DNA of 64,000 bases from positions 16,326 through 80,325 of the forward strand of contig CAZKVV010000005.1 in assembly GCA_964556485.1 (NCBI GenBank). Reading direction: 5' to 3'. Below, one piece after another: positions 51,733 to 61,525 of this stretch (position 1 is its first letter; each line of letters begins with the position of its first letter). Below the pieces are notes generated by a model. It had not been told where the DNA came from. It saw nothing but the letters and a program-made list of their open reading frames with translations, and made no database searches. This DNA comes from an uncultured Pseudomonadales bacterium (GTDB taxonomy: Bacteria; Patescibacteriota; Microgenomatia; UBA1400; PJMF01). A program made the translations under genes and the position numbers.

Positions 51733-52812
51733 TTACGCTTGTTGAGTAGAGGGAATTGCAGGAGTGCCAGTTTGTTGCTGTTTGGCTTGGTATTCTTTGA
51801 ACAATACATCGGTTAATGCCCAGACTTCTTCTGTGGAAAAATGAGAACGTTTATACTGTATTTGAGTCTCATCACAAAGTAACGCAATGAAATCTTGGTA
51901 GGTTGCAAACTTATATCCATTTCCAATAAAAATATAACGAAATTTCTTGTCCATACTTTGTTGCTCAAACTTTTTTGTATTTATGAGAGAAAATGCGAGG
52001 TCTGGAGTAATGGCGCCTTGTCTTTCATGAACTCTTCTATTTGCTGGCACAACGAGATGTACTAACATAGTTTCGCTCATGCTTACTGTCTCAACTTTTG
52101 AAAGATTATACAAGCCTTTGTCTGCAAGCACGGATCGATGATTCTTTCCGGCATCACTGTTTAGCCAATTAATGAGTGTACGAAGCGCCTCTTTAAATCC
52201 GCTATCGAGTAACTGTGCGTACGCTCTATAATCAAGCATTCCTAATTTTGCCTCACCCAATACCTCGAATCGTACATTTCCAGCACCACTTATCAGGACA
52301 TAGGCAAGATCTGGGTTTTTTAGTCTTAATGGCACACCGTACTTTATCGGATTTTGCCAAAGCAAAAGCAGTTCTTCAGCAACTTTCAACCGGTATTCCA
52401 ATGCCTCCCGTTTTTCTTCCTTTTCGGCAGCATCTTCTAAACTGTCCAGCGCATCTAACTTCTCTAAACGAAACTCCGCTGCTGCAAATAATTCAAACAG
52501 TTTACCTGAGATCATTCCACGCTTATATTCATCTCCTTGTTCAAAAAATTCTTTTTCCACAATATTGACTACTGCTGTCAAAATATCAGGATGAGAATGA
52601 AACAGATTAACCAAAATTCGCAACTGTTTATGTCTATCTACTTTGTTCTCATAATGTCTTCCTCTTGATTCCAAAATTGTGAGAAAAAAGCTGGCAATTT
52701 GAGGTTGCTCATCAGAAATGATACGCAAGGTGTTTTTCAAATCCTGATCTTGATTCCCAAGAAGTTTGGTCATGCGAAGATACATTTGTGTTCCATTTTC
52801 ATTTTCAGCCAT
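51733..52812 (-). CDS. hypothetical protein (359 aa)
   Basis: Long ORF with no recognisable motif. Confidence 0.4.
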   Translation of the reverse strand: MAENENGTQMYLRMTKLLGNQDQDLKNTLRIISDEQPQIASFFLTILESRGRHYENKVDRHKQLRILVNLFHSHPDILTAVVNIVEKEFFEQGDEYKRGMISGKLFELFAAAEFRLEKLDALDSLEDAAEKEEKREALEYRLKVAEELLLLWQNPIKYGVPLRLKNPDLAYVLISGAGNVRFEVLGEAKLGMLDYRAYAQLLDSGFKEALRTLINWLNSDAGKNHRSVLADKGLYNLSKVETVSMSETMLVHLVVPANRRVHERQGAITPDLAFSLINTKKFEQQSMDKKFRYIFIGNGYKFATYQDFIALLCDETQIQYKRSHFSTEEVWALTDVLFKEYQAKQQQTGTPAIPSTQQA

Positions 52813-52876
52813 ACTATTACTCTACATCGTAAACATAGAGGGCACAAGAGAGTTACACCTGCTACACTAGCAATAT

Positions 52877-53146
52877 ATGCAACGAGGCGTCATAACATTT
52901 ACCACCCAAGAACAAAAAATTATTTACCAAATACTGCATGACTTTGTACCGGACCTTACCCAGCTTCAACAAAAATTTTTAGTTACTCAAACAGACGGTG
53001 AACTGGAACATTTGGATAGTATTGAACTCAGTCGCGATGAAGTCGAACTCATTTTGGATCAAATGCCTATTCCTTCAGGTGAAGAACCAGAAGAAGTCTC
53101 GCATATAAGATCGTTGTTATCAAGCTTTTTAAACCCAGTCAAGTAA
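52877..53146 (+). CDS. hypothetical small acidic protein (89 aa)
   Basis: ORF divergent from 52812. Confidence 0.3.
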   Translation: MQRGVITFTTQEQKIIYQILHDFVPDLTQLQQKFLVTQTDGELEHLDSIELSRDEVELILDQMPIPSGEEPEEVSHIRSLLSSFLNPVK

Positions 53147-53247
53147 ACAAAATGTACTTAACTGATACTTCTGCTACACAGCTTGACCATTCTATGCTTT
53201 AATGGCCTTTACGTACTAACAGGTAATCAATTGTAAGGAGATTAAAC

Positions 53248-54024
53248 ATGGCAAAATCTGAAAATCAGTACTCACTGAGTTCACTCATTGAGTTTCTTAA
53301 TAATAATTTCGTACTCATACTCATTGTGTTATTCTTTTTCGCAGGTGGATTTGTGCTCGGTTCTCTCTGGACTGAGAATCAATTACTTAAATCTGGTGGT
53401 ACAGCAGGTGCTGGCGCCGCAGCGGGTGCAGCAGCAGCTCCAGCTGGTCCAACCGGCCCAACTGAAGAACAACTCGCTTCTTTACCAGAAGTAAGCAATG
53501 ATGATCACATTCGTGGAAACAAAAATGCAAAAATTGTACTCGTAGAATATTCCGACTTTGAGTGTCCATACTGTCAGAAATTCACCCCAACTCTGGATGA
53601 AGTGTTAAAAGCATATGGTAAAGATGTAGCACTCGTGTTTAGACATTATCCACTCCCTTTCCATGCTAATGCTCAAAAAGCTGCTGAAGCTTCAGAGTGT
53701 GTAGCCAAACTTGGTGGTAACGAAAAGTTCTGGGAATATCATGACCTTTACTTTGAAAAGACCCCAGCTACTGGCACAGGTATCGCTGTTGCAGACATGG
53801 GTAAATTAGCAGGCGAAATTGGTCTTAACGCTACTGCTGTACAAACTTGTATCGATTCTGGTGAAATGGCTGAAAAAGTCACTAAGCAGATGGAAGCTGG
53901 TGCAGCTGCAGGTGTTAGTGGTACTCCAGGTACTTATATCGTCACTAAAGATGGTGCCAAAGCAATGATCCCAGGAGCACTTCCATTAGATCAAATTAAG
54001 ACTCAAATCGACATGTATCTGTAA
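53248..54024 (+). CDS. DsbA/BdbD-like thiol:disulfide oxidoreductase, membrane-anchored
   Basis: CPYC active site, N-terminal TM, and AAGGAG RBS 8 nt upstream. Confidence 0.8.
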   Translation: MAKSENQYSLSSLIEFLNNNFVLILIVLFFFAGGFVLGSLWTENQLLKSGGTAGAGAAAGAAAAPAGPTGPTEEQLASLPEVSNDDHIRGNKNAKIVLVEYSDFECPYCQKFTPTLDEVLKAYGKDVALVFRHYPLPFHANAQKAAEASECVAKLGGNEKFWEYHDLYFEKTPATGTGIAVADMGKLAGEIGLNATAVQTCIDSGEMAEKVTKQMEAGAAAGVSGTPGTYIVTKDGAKAMIPGALPLDQIKTQIDMYL

Positions 54025-54062
54025 GGTTTGCAGATAAGAGTTGAAAAATGACTTGAATATAA

Positions 54063-54096
54063 GATGCGGCGCCAACAGGCGCCGCATCTTTATTGT
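54063..54096. terminator. bidirectional rho-independent terminator gatgcggcgcc-aaca-ggcgccgcatc followed by TTTATT
   Basis: Perfect 11-bp GC-rich stem between convergent genes (DsbA-like and ferredoxin). Confidence 0.75.
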
Positions 54097-54329
54097 ACTT
54101 TGATAACCCGCACCGGACACGCATCCGCTGCTTCTTTATTTTCTGCGATATCTTCCGCAACCACTTTTCGCAAAAACATCCCTTTTTTTTCAACAGCACC
54201 TTCGAGATCCGACTTGCCATCTTCAGCCGACATTGTCCAATACTGAGGACTAATCAGGGCACACAATCCACACCCAATACAGTTTTTTCTGTCGTGGCTT
54301 ACGGTTGCTTTTACTATTGGTTCATCCAT
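54090..54329 (-). CDS. small ferredoxin (single [4Fe-4S]/[3Fe-4S] cluster type)
   Basis: CIGCGLC...CP motif; 79 aa. Confidence 0.7.
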   Translation of the reverse strand: MDEPIVKATVSHDRKNCIGCGLCALISPQYWTMSAEDGKSDLEGAVEKKGMFLRKVVAEDIAENKEAADACPVRVIKVQ

Positions 54330-54346
54330 AGTTTTATTGAAAGTAC

Positions 54347-55615
54347 TTAAAACCCATTATTCACAGTGACCACTTTATACAGTCTGTCTCCACGGCGAAC
54401 TTTTTGTGAAATACTGAATGTCACAACACTACCCTTTGGTGCTAGCTCTACTTCCTTTTCCTCAATAATTAACTTTGGAGCGGTACCTCTCACAACACCT
54501 GTCGTTTCACCAGTAATCAGGTACTCATCGGTGTTGGCAATAGTATTTTCTTGCGCAGTCACCTCTACCACCCCAATTTTTGAAAAGTAATTCGTTACTA
54601 CTCCCACCAATTCTCGTTTTTGGGTTGCTCTATTTCCATAGGCACCACTCCAAGCGACAAACGGTTTACCCAAGTAGAATCCACCACTCATGCCTCGGTT
54701 GTAGACAGTTCCCAGGCGCTTATTCCACTCCACAATCTTCTCTTGAGTGTACGTGCCAGCATTTAATGCATCCAGTGCTTCTCTATACACTCTAATCACT
54801 TTGTCGACATAATCTGCTGATCTACCTCTTCCCTCAATTTTGAGAACGGCAATACCGGTATCCACAAGTTCATCAAGCAGTCCTACCGTACACAAGTCTT
54901 CTGGACTGAGCACGTAATCATTTTCAACTTTTAATTGGGTATTTGTCTGTTCATCAATAATTTTGTAGCTACGTCTGCAGTTCTGTCTACACGCGCCACG
55001 GTTGGCCGAAGAATTATCAGTGAGCAAACTCATTCCGCATCGTCCAGAGATCGCCACACACATTGCTCCATGACCAAACACTTCAATCTCGAGTGGCCGG
55101 CCACTTCTACCAGTAATACCTTGCGCTTTAATTTCATCACATACGTGCTTAATCATGGGAACAGTCAGTTCGCGAGCTAACACAATGGTGTCTGAAAGCT
55201 GGGCAAAATACTTGACTGTTTCGACATTAGCAATTGAAAGCTGGGTGGAAATATGGACCTCTACACCAATCTCATTTGCATAGGCAATAGCTGCCATATC
55301 GGCAACAATAATTGCATCAATGCCATTGGCTTTAACTGCGTCAATAATGGCATATGCCAACTTCATATCATGATCGTATAAGAGCGTGTTGAGTGTTAGG
55401 TATGTTCTAACCTTGTGTTTTTGAGCAATTTTGGCAATTTTAGCTAGATCGTTAAAGTCGAAATTATTTGCCGCTCTGGCACGCATATTAAGTTGTGTAA
55501 TGCCAAAAAAAACTGAGTCACAACCCGCATTAATAGCTGCCTGCAAACTTTCAAATGATCCCACTGGGGCCATTAGTTCAACACTGTGTGTGACTTTTTT
55601 TCCTGATTTTTCCAT
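54347..55615 (-). CDS. peptidase U32-family protein (RlhA/TrhP/UbiU-like putative Fe-S hydroxylase)
   Basis: Conserved EIEVFGHGAMCVAISGRCGMS and CRQNC cysteines. Confidence 0.8.
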   Translation of the reverse strand: MEKSGKKVTHSVELMAPVGSFESLQAAINAGCDSVFFGITQLNMRARAANNFDFNDLAKIAKIAQKHKVRTYLTLNTLLYDHDMKLAYAIIDAVKANGIDAIIVADMAAIAYANEIGVEVHISTQLSIANVETVKYFAQLSDTIVLARELTVPMIKHVCDEIKAQGITGRSGRPLEIEVFGHGAMCVAISGRCGMSLLTDNSSANRGACRQNCRRSYKIIDEQTNTQLKVENDYVLSPEDLCTVGLLDELVDTGIAVLKIEGRGRSADYVDKVIRVYREALDALNAGTYTQEKIVEWNKRLGTVYNRGMSGGFYLGKPFVAWSGAYGNRATQKRELVGVVTNYFSKIGVVEVTAQENTIANTDEYLITGETTGVVRGTAPKLIIEEKEVELAPKGSVVTFSISQKVRRGDRLYKVVTVNNGF

Positions 55616-55713
55616 ACATTTTCCTAACTATAAGAAACTGTATTGTACTTTTTTACGTGCCAAAGCACAAATGTAGCTCCTGTCCACTGGTTCTAGTACG
55701 ATACAATACCGCT

Positions 55714-56649
55714 ATGAAGCAAAAAGAAATTGGCAGAACAGCATTTGAAACCTACTACACAGGTCTCTTTGCTGATGAACAACAAGCTGCCGCATTTTTT
55801 GCCGCACTTAACACTAAAAAACAGCCCGTGTTGCTTGTTGATCCCAAAAACCTGCCAAAACTGCAAAAACTCTGGCAAGAACAAGGCATAACTCTAACGC
55901 CTCTTGATTGGTACCCGCATGCGTACCTTTGGCCAAAGGAAGTGCCTATCAATACACCTTTACCAGGATATAACGAACATCTGTTTTACCCGCTCAATGC
56001 TTCTTCGCTCATTCCGGTGCAAGCACTCAGTCCCAAACCAGGTGACTATATCCTAGATGCCTGCGCTGCCCCCGGTGGTAAATCCCTAGCCATTGCCAAC
56101 CTACTAGGCGACTCCCATACTCTAGTAGCCAACGACCTCTCGCGCAGCAGGCGAGATCGAATGAAATCCATTTTTACCTCGCATTCAAAAGAAATTGCAG
56201 TCTGGGGCATGATGGCAGAACTTATTTGCAAACGATCACCTGAAGCATTTGACAAAATTTTGCTTGACGCACCATGCAGTTCGGAAGCACACATCTACAC
56301 CACCCCCGAAGAACTTACTAAATGGTCGCACAACCGTGTGATTTCACTCAAAAAGCGACAAGTTGGGTTACTGAGTGGACTTTGGCATGCACTCAAACCA
56401 GGAGGCATCTTGGTCTACTCAACCTGTGCGGTCACACCAGAAGAAAATGAGTGGGTTATTGCCACCTTTCTCAAGAAGAGAAAGGGTGAAGCAATCCTGA
56501 TACCTTGGACTGCCCAAACCCCTGGACAACTAGGCATAGCTGGAGACTACCCTGCTATGCTAGATCTAAACAGTGTGCGCAGAATTGCAGTCACTGAGGG
56601 TGAACTGGGACCAATGTTTGTTGCTGTACTACAAAAAAGCGGAGCTTGA
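55714..56649 (+). CDS. RsmB/NOP2/Sun-family RNA m5C methyltransferase
   Basis: SAM motif DACAAPGGKS, catalytic DAPCS and TC motif YSTCA. Start taken at MKQKEIG. Confidence 0.75.
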   Translation: MKQKEIGRTAFETYYTGLFADEQQAAAFFAALNTKKQPVLLVDPKNLPKLQKLWQEQGITLTPLDWYPHAYLWPKEVPINTPLPGYNEHLFYPLNASSLIPVQALSPKPGDYILDACAAPGGKSLAIANLLGDSHTLVANDLSRSRRDRMKSIFTSHSKEIAVWGMMAELICKRSPEAFDKILLDAPCSSEAHIYTTPEELTKWSHNRVISLKKRQVGLLSGLWHALKPGGILVYSTCAVTPEENEWVIATFLKKRKGEAILIPWTAQTPGQLGIAGDYPAMLDLNSVRRIAVTEGELGPMFVAVLQKSGA

Positions 56650-56668
56650 GAGCTCCGCTTTCTTCGTG
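56637..56668. terminator. bidirectional terminator aagcggagc-ttga-gagctccgctt with flanking T-runs on both strands
   Basis: Inverted repeat seen directly between convergent genes. Confidence 0.7.
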
Positions 56669-56709
56669 TCTGACCGACACGGCAATGAGATTTTTTCTGA
56701 GAAAAAAAG

Positions 56710-57198
56710 CTACCTGTGCATTTTCCGTGCAGACCTTCCAGGCTGTAATTCGCCCATAATGGTTTGCCAATCAATGCCTTGAGACTCCGCCCAAGCTTTC
56801 AATTCATCGCGTTCTGTCTTGAAATGCTCTTGGCGTTCCTCGCGATTCATATCTTGCAGAGCAGCGTGTTCTGTCCGTAGCTCCTCATGCTTAGCAATGA
56901 TTGCTGCCTTTTGTGCCTCTGAGATCTTCCCAGCGGTAACGAGTGCAGAGAGTTTTTCTGTAAACTGAGCATTCATGTCTTCATGACGCTCTTCCCGATA
57001 TTCATCGAATACCGCTTCGACCTCCGACTGTTGTAAGCCAAACCGCTCAGCAATCCTCTGAGTTAGACCCTGAGCTGGGCTGGTATCCGTAACAGCCTGC
57101 ACCGCTTGTGCAGAAGCTGCTACGACACCAGTACCTATTACAATCGCCAAGGCTGGAAGCAGTATGTTTTTATTAATGTGCATATCTAGTCCTTTCAC
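56710..57198 (-). CDS. secreted helical protein, possibly LTxxQ/Spy-CpxP-like
   Basis: Signal peptide ...ASAQAVQA, then LTQRIAERFG and ISEAQKAAII motifs. It lies downstream of the two-component system in the same orientation. Confidence 0.35.
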   Translation of the reverse strand: MKGLDMHINKNILLPALAIVIGTGVVAASAQAVQAVTDTSPAQGLTQRIAERFGLQQSEVEAVFDEYREERHEDMNAQFTEKLSALVTAGKISEAQKAAIIAKHEELRTEHAALQDMNREERQEHFKTERDELKAWAESQGIDWQTIMGELQPGRSARKMHR

Positions 57199-57257
57199 TA
57201 CTAGCTCTTTTCTACTAAGTGCTAGTGTAAAGATCGTTTCTGAGAATACCCTGAAAA

Positions 57258-58316
57258 TTAAGAAACAGCTGTTCTTGGAAGGTTGACCACAAAGGCAGCT
57301 CCACCAAGTTTGCTCTCTTGTGCCGAAATAGTACCGCCATGTAGTTCAACAATTTCTTTGGCTACTGAAAGGCCCAGTCCAAAGCCACCAGCCCTTCTCG
57401 AACGCGCAACATCAGCCCTAAAAAATCGATCAAATAATCGCTCTCTATCTTTTCCTGAAATACCACTGCCAGAGTCAGCAACCATAATTTGCACGTCTCG
57501 CAAACGCTTTTGAATAGTCAATTCAACCGTTCCTTTTTGTGGAGTATATTTACTGGCATTATCAAGCAAAATCGTAATCAATTCCTTAATTTTGTCAGCA
57601 TCAAACTGAGCTTTTGTGAGTGTTATTTTAGTGCTGAAGGTAATTTCCTTTTCAGTAAAGACAGCATTAAATTTCTTAGTTGTTTTCTCGACAAAATCGG
57701 CAAGCACAACCGTAGACAAATGCAGTTGTTTCCGCGAGCTTTGATAGGTTGCTAACTCAAGCAATTTAGTCACCAACCGCTCTAAATTTTTGACTTCATC
57801 TAAGTTATCTTCAATCAGCTCCTGAGCTTCCTTTAAACTTGGTTTTTTTGAGAGCCCAAATACTTCAAGTGATGTTTTGAGAGCAGTAATGGGAGTCCGC
57901 AGTTCGTGAGAAGCATCAGCAACAAACCGACGCTGCTCTTCCATCGCAATCTGAATTGGTCGAAGTGTCTTTCCAGCCAATAAATATCCAGCGCCTGCGC
58001 TAAAAACTAAAATAATGCCATTAATAACAAGTAGGTGAAACTTAATCGTGTGTTTTGCTTCCTTGAGTTCTTGATCTAAAATTTGACGTTTCAGTGCTTG
58101 TTGTAAACCTGGATCCAGCTTCTCCAACCGTTCAGACAAATACTCTGGCAGCACAATGCCACGCTCTTGAGCCAATACTCTCAGCTGCGTTCGTGACAAG
58201 CCACGTTCTAATTCGCGCACAAACGAAAAATACAGCGCGGTACTAAATAAGGTACTGACACAAAAAATAATGAGAACATACCAATAGGTTAATTTTACTC
58301 TGGCAGAACGAAACAT
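57258..58316 (-). CDS. sensor histidine kinase (HisKA plus HATPase_c)
   Basis: H-box ADASHELRTPITAL and G-boxes DSGSGI / GGFGLGLS; two TM. Confidence 0.85.
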   Translation of the reverse strand: MFRSARVKLTYWYVLIIFCVSTLFSTALYFSFVRELERGLSRTQLRVLAQERGIVLPEYLSERLEKLDPGLQQALKRQILDQELKEAKHTIKFHLLVINGIILVFSAGAGYLLAGKTLRPIQIAMEEQRRFVADASHELRTPITALKTSLEVFGLSKKPSLKEAQELIEDNLDEVKNLERLVTKLLELATYQSSRKQLHLSTVVLADFVEKTTKKFNAVFTEKEITFSTKITLTKAQFDADKIKELITILLDNASKYTPQKGTVELTIQKRLRDVQIMVADSGSGISGKDRERLFDRFFRADVARSRRAGGFGLGLSVAKEIVELHGGTISAQESKLGGAAFVVNLPRTAVS

Positions 58317-58993
58317 TACGCCTTCCCAAGCGAGTAACCAAATCCTCGCACTGTATAGATGAGTGTAGGCAACTGAGGAAACGGTTTCTCCAGTTTACTG
58401 CGCAAATACCCTAAGTATACTTCGGCGGTGTTTGGCAACACATCTGCATCAAACTCCCAAACATGTGACAACAACTGTTCTTTAGACAACACCGTTTCTT
58501 TATTTTGCAGTAAATACGCAAGCAGCGCAAACTCACGCTTGGTAAGGGAAATACTGGTGCCTGCCCTGGTAACTGAGGCTTTGGCAGTATCAAGTTCTAC
58601 ATCCTGATACTTGAGTATTGCTCCCATCAACTGCTGTGGTCTTCTAGCAAGTGCTTTGACCCGCGCAACTAACTCTTCAAAAGCAAATGGCTTGGGTAAA
58701 TAGTCATCAGCACCAATAGTTAAACCAGCCACTCGATCATCCACCTCACCCTTGGCAGTAAGCATCAAAATGGGAGTGGTGATATTCTCGGCACGAAGTT
58801 CGCGACAAATCGTTAATCCATCCATACTTGGCAACATCAAATCAAGAATAATCACGCTGTATGGCTCAGTTGCAGCTAAATCGTAGCCCTGTTGGCCGTC
58901 CAATGCGATATCTACAGAATACCCATGGGCGGTTAAACCTTTCTGTATTGCTTGTGCAATCCGCTGTGTATCTTCGATAACAAGTATTCGCAT
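58316..58993 (-). CDS. OmpR-family response regulator
   Basis: MRILVIEDTQ receiver domain plus a winged-helix C-terminal domain. Start taken at 58993. Confidence 0.85.
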   Translation of the reverse strand: MRILVIEDTQRIAQAIQKGLTAHGYSVDIALDGQQGYDLAATEPYSVIILDLMLPSMDGLTICRELRAENITTPILMLTAKGEVDDRVAGLTIGADDYLPKPFAFEELVARVKALARRPQQLMGAILKYQDVELDTAKASVTRAGTSISLTKREFALLAYLLQNKETVLSKEQLLSHVWEFDADVLPNTAEVYLGYLRSKLEKPFPQLPTLIYTVRGFGYSLGKA

Positions 58994-59055
58994 GGTCACA
59001 CTAGAGTATAACAAAATGCTGAGAGTTTGCTGAAAATGACTCAATCCCACTTTGC

Positions 59056-59085
59056 TTGCTTTCTGTTCCCTGTCTGTGGTATACT
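59056..59085 (+). promoter_or_regulatory. Candidate promoter TTGCTT-18 nt-TGgTATACT upstream of typA
   Basis: ttgcttgctttctgttccctgtctgtggtatact seen directly. Confidence 0.45.
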
Positions 59086-59148
59086 ATAGGTTCTGCCTTA
59101 AAGCCGTCATTAGAGCCTTAGGCTCTACTTTTTTTGAAACACACCTTT

Positions 59149-60966
59149 ATGTCAAAACACATTAGGAATATTGCCGTTATCGCCCACGTTGACCATGGGA
59201 AAACTACCCTGGTAGATGCGCTTCTCAAACAGACTCACACTTTCCGTGACAACCAACGCGAAATGCATGAAGAGCGCATTATGGATAGTAATGACCTCGA
59301 GCGAGAGCGCGGTATTACCATTTTGGCAAAAAACTGTGCAATTGAATACAAAGGTACGACTGTCAACATTATTGATACTCCAGGACACGCCGATTTTTCT
59401 GGCGAAGTTGAACGCACACTTTCTATGGCGAGTGGTGCTCTCCTTATCATTGATGCTCAAGAGGGACCAATGCCTCAGTCACGTTTTGTGCTCAAAAAAG
59501 CTTTAGCACTTGGCTTAAAAGTGATTGTGGTTATCAACAAAATTGATAAACCATTTGCTCGTGTTGAAACAGTCATGACCAAAATCGATGACTTGTTCTT
59601 AGAGCTCGCCCACGACGAAGAACAGCTTAAATTTATTACCATGTTTGCAATTGCGCGTACTGGAAAAGTATTTGCAACCATGCCAGATGATTTTGAAGCT
59701 CCGGGAACTGTTGAACCACTCCTTGAAACCATCCTTAGAGAAATTCCAGCTCCTGATGCAGACGTAACTTCTCCATTCAAAATGGTGGTATCTACTCTCG
59801 ACTATGATGCTCACAAAGGCAGAATCGTTATCGGTAAAATTCATCAAGGAACCATCAAACCAAAAAGCAGTGTTATCATGACCGATGCTCCTACCAAAAA
59901 ACTCCAAATTGAGAGTGTAATGCTTTCACAGGGTCTTGGTAGACGTCAGGTTGAAGAAGCCTCAGCGGGCGACATCGTTGCCCTCACCGGCATCACTGAT
60001 GTCAGCATTGGTGCGACGCTTTCTGACCCAAGTGACACTACTAGTCTTAATAGTATTGAAATTTCTGAACCAACTCTTCACATGAACATGGGATCTAATA
60101 CATCTCCATTCACCGGTAAAGAGGGTGAGTTTAGCACCAGTCGACAACTAGAGGAGCGCTTGGACCGTGAGCTTGAAAGTAATCTCTCTCTCCGCGTGGA
60201 AAAACTCCCCAATGCTCAATTTAAGCTTTCTGGTCGTGGTGAACTTCATCTTTCCATTTTGCTTGAAAACATGCGCCGTGAAGGGTACGAAATGGAAGTG
60301 AGTAAACCTCAGGTTATTACTAAATCTATTAACGGTGTAACTTCAGAACCTATCGAAGAAGTGAGTGTCATTGTTCCAACAGAATATACCGGAACAATCA
60401 ACCAAGAACTAGGAAAACGTTTTGGCGAGATGCTCAAAATGGAGCCTATTTCTGATACTGAAGTTGAGTTCCAATATAAAATGACAAGTCGATCACTCAT
60501 TGGTCTACGTAGTACACTGCTTACCTTAACCAAAGGAACCGTGTTGCTTAGTAGTCAACTCATTGGCTACGCTCCTGTTGGCAGAGATTTGCCACAGCTT
60601 CGCAATGGTGCCTTGCTTGCTTCAGAAACTGGTGTCGTTTCAGGATATGGACTGAATGCGGCCCAAGAACGTGGCATTACGTTTGTTAACCCTGGTGATG
60701 CCATCTACGAAGGTCAAGTCATTGGCTTAAATGCTAAAAAAGAGGATATCGAAGTCAACGTCTGTAAAGGCAAAAAACTCACTAATGTGCGTTCCAAAGC
60801 TTCGGACGGTATTCTTCACATCGTACCTCCAATTGTCATGAGTCTCGAGCAATCATTAGAGTTTATTAATGACGAAGAATTACTTGAAATAACACCAAAA
60901 TCACTGCGCGTTCGCAAACGATTCTTAACCGAAAACGATCGCAAGCGCAACCGCCGCAGAGACTAA
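59149..60966 (+). CDS. typA: translational GTPase TypA/BipA
   Basis: [25 protein letters not shown]. The ATG at 59149 is preferred over the TTG at 59134. Confidence 0.92.
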   Translation: MSKHIRNIAVIAHVDHGKTTLVDALLKQTHTFRDNQREMHEERIMDSNDLERERGITILAKNCAIEYKGTTVNIIDTPGHADFSGEVERTLSMASGALLIIDAQEGPMPQSRFVLKKALALGLKVIVVINKIDKPFARVETVMTKIDDLFLELAHDEEQLKFITMFAIARTGKVFATMPDDFEAPGTVEPLLETILREIPAPDADVTSPFKMVVSTLDYDAHKGRIVIGKIHQGTIKPKSSVIMTDAPTKKLQIESVMLSQGLGRRQVEEASAGDIVALTGITDVSIGATLSDPSDTTSLNSIEISEPTLHMNMGSNTSPFTGKEGEFSTSRQLEERLDRELESNLSLRVEKLPNAQFKLSGRGELHLSILLENMRREGYEMEVSKPQVITKSINGVTSEPIEEVSVIVPTEYTGTINQELGKRFGEMLKMEPISDTEVEFQYKMTSRSLIGLRSTLLTLTKGTVLLSSQLIGYAPVGRDLPQLRNGALLASETGVVSGYGLNAAQERGITFVNPGDAIYEGQVIGLNAKKEDIEVNVCKGKKLTNVRSKASDGILHIVPPIVMSLEQSLEFINDEELLEITPKSLRVRKRFLTENDRKRNRRRD

Positions 60967-60995
60967 CCAAGTAACCGTGGTATAGTGAGTTCACT

Positions 60996-61469
60996 ATGCT
61001 TACTATCAACTCTCTAGCACCCCTCGATGTGCCTGTTCTTACTTCTGAAGGTGTATCCACATCTCTACGTGACTACCTTGGTTCTTACCTGGTTCTCTAT
61101 TTTTACCCAAAAGATGCCACTCCTGGATGTACTCTCGAAGCCTGCAACTTTCGTGATGCTAACTCTGAGCTACAAAAAAGTGGTGTTACGGTGATCGGCA
61201 TTAGTGCAGATTCAGTCAAATCTCACCAAAAATTTGCTGAAAAACACTCGCTGCCTTTTCCACTGTTTTCTGACGAAAAAAAGGAATTAATTTCGGCATT
61301 TGGCGTTTTAGTGGAAAAATCTATGTTTGGCAAAAAATACATGGGAATTGAACGCAGTACCTTTGTCATTGATCCAAAGGGAAAAATTGTGCATGTTTGG
61401 CCAAAAGTGAATCCACTTGGCCATAGTGATGCAGTACTAACCTTCTTTCGGGACAAACTTAAGCGATAG
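60996..61469 (+). CDS. bcp: peroxiredoxin Bcp (thiol peroxidase)
   Basis: YFYPKDATPGCTLEAC active site. Confidence 0.85.
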   Translation: MLTINSLAPLDVPVLTSEGVSTSLRDYLGSYLVLYFYPKDATPGCTLEACNFRDANSELQKSGVTVIGISADSVKSHQKFAEKHSLPFPLFSDEKKELISAFGVLVEKSMFGKKYMGIERSTFVIDPKGKIVHVWPKVNPLGHSDAVLTFFRDKLKR

Positions 61470-61491
61470 CGAATTGACGCAACACCTATTG

Positions 61492-61525
61492 ACAGCTTCG
61501 GGTTTGGTTAGTGTAGTATGAGTGC
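61492..61525 (+). promoter_or_regulatory. Candidate promoter TTGACA ... TAGTAT upstream of the small-ORF/dinB pair
   Basis: ttgacagcttcgggtttggttagtgtagtat. No Cheo/LexA box recognisable. Confidence 0.35.
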
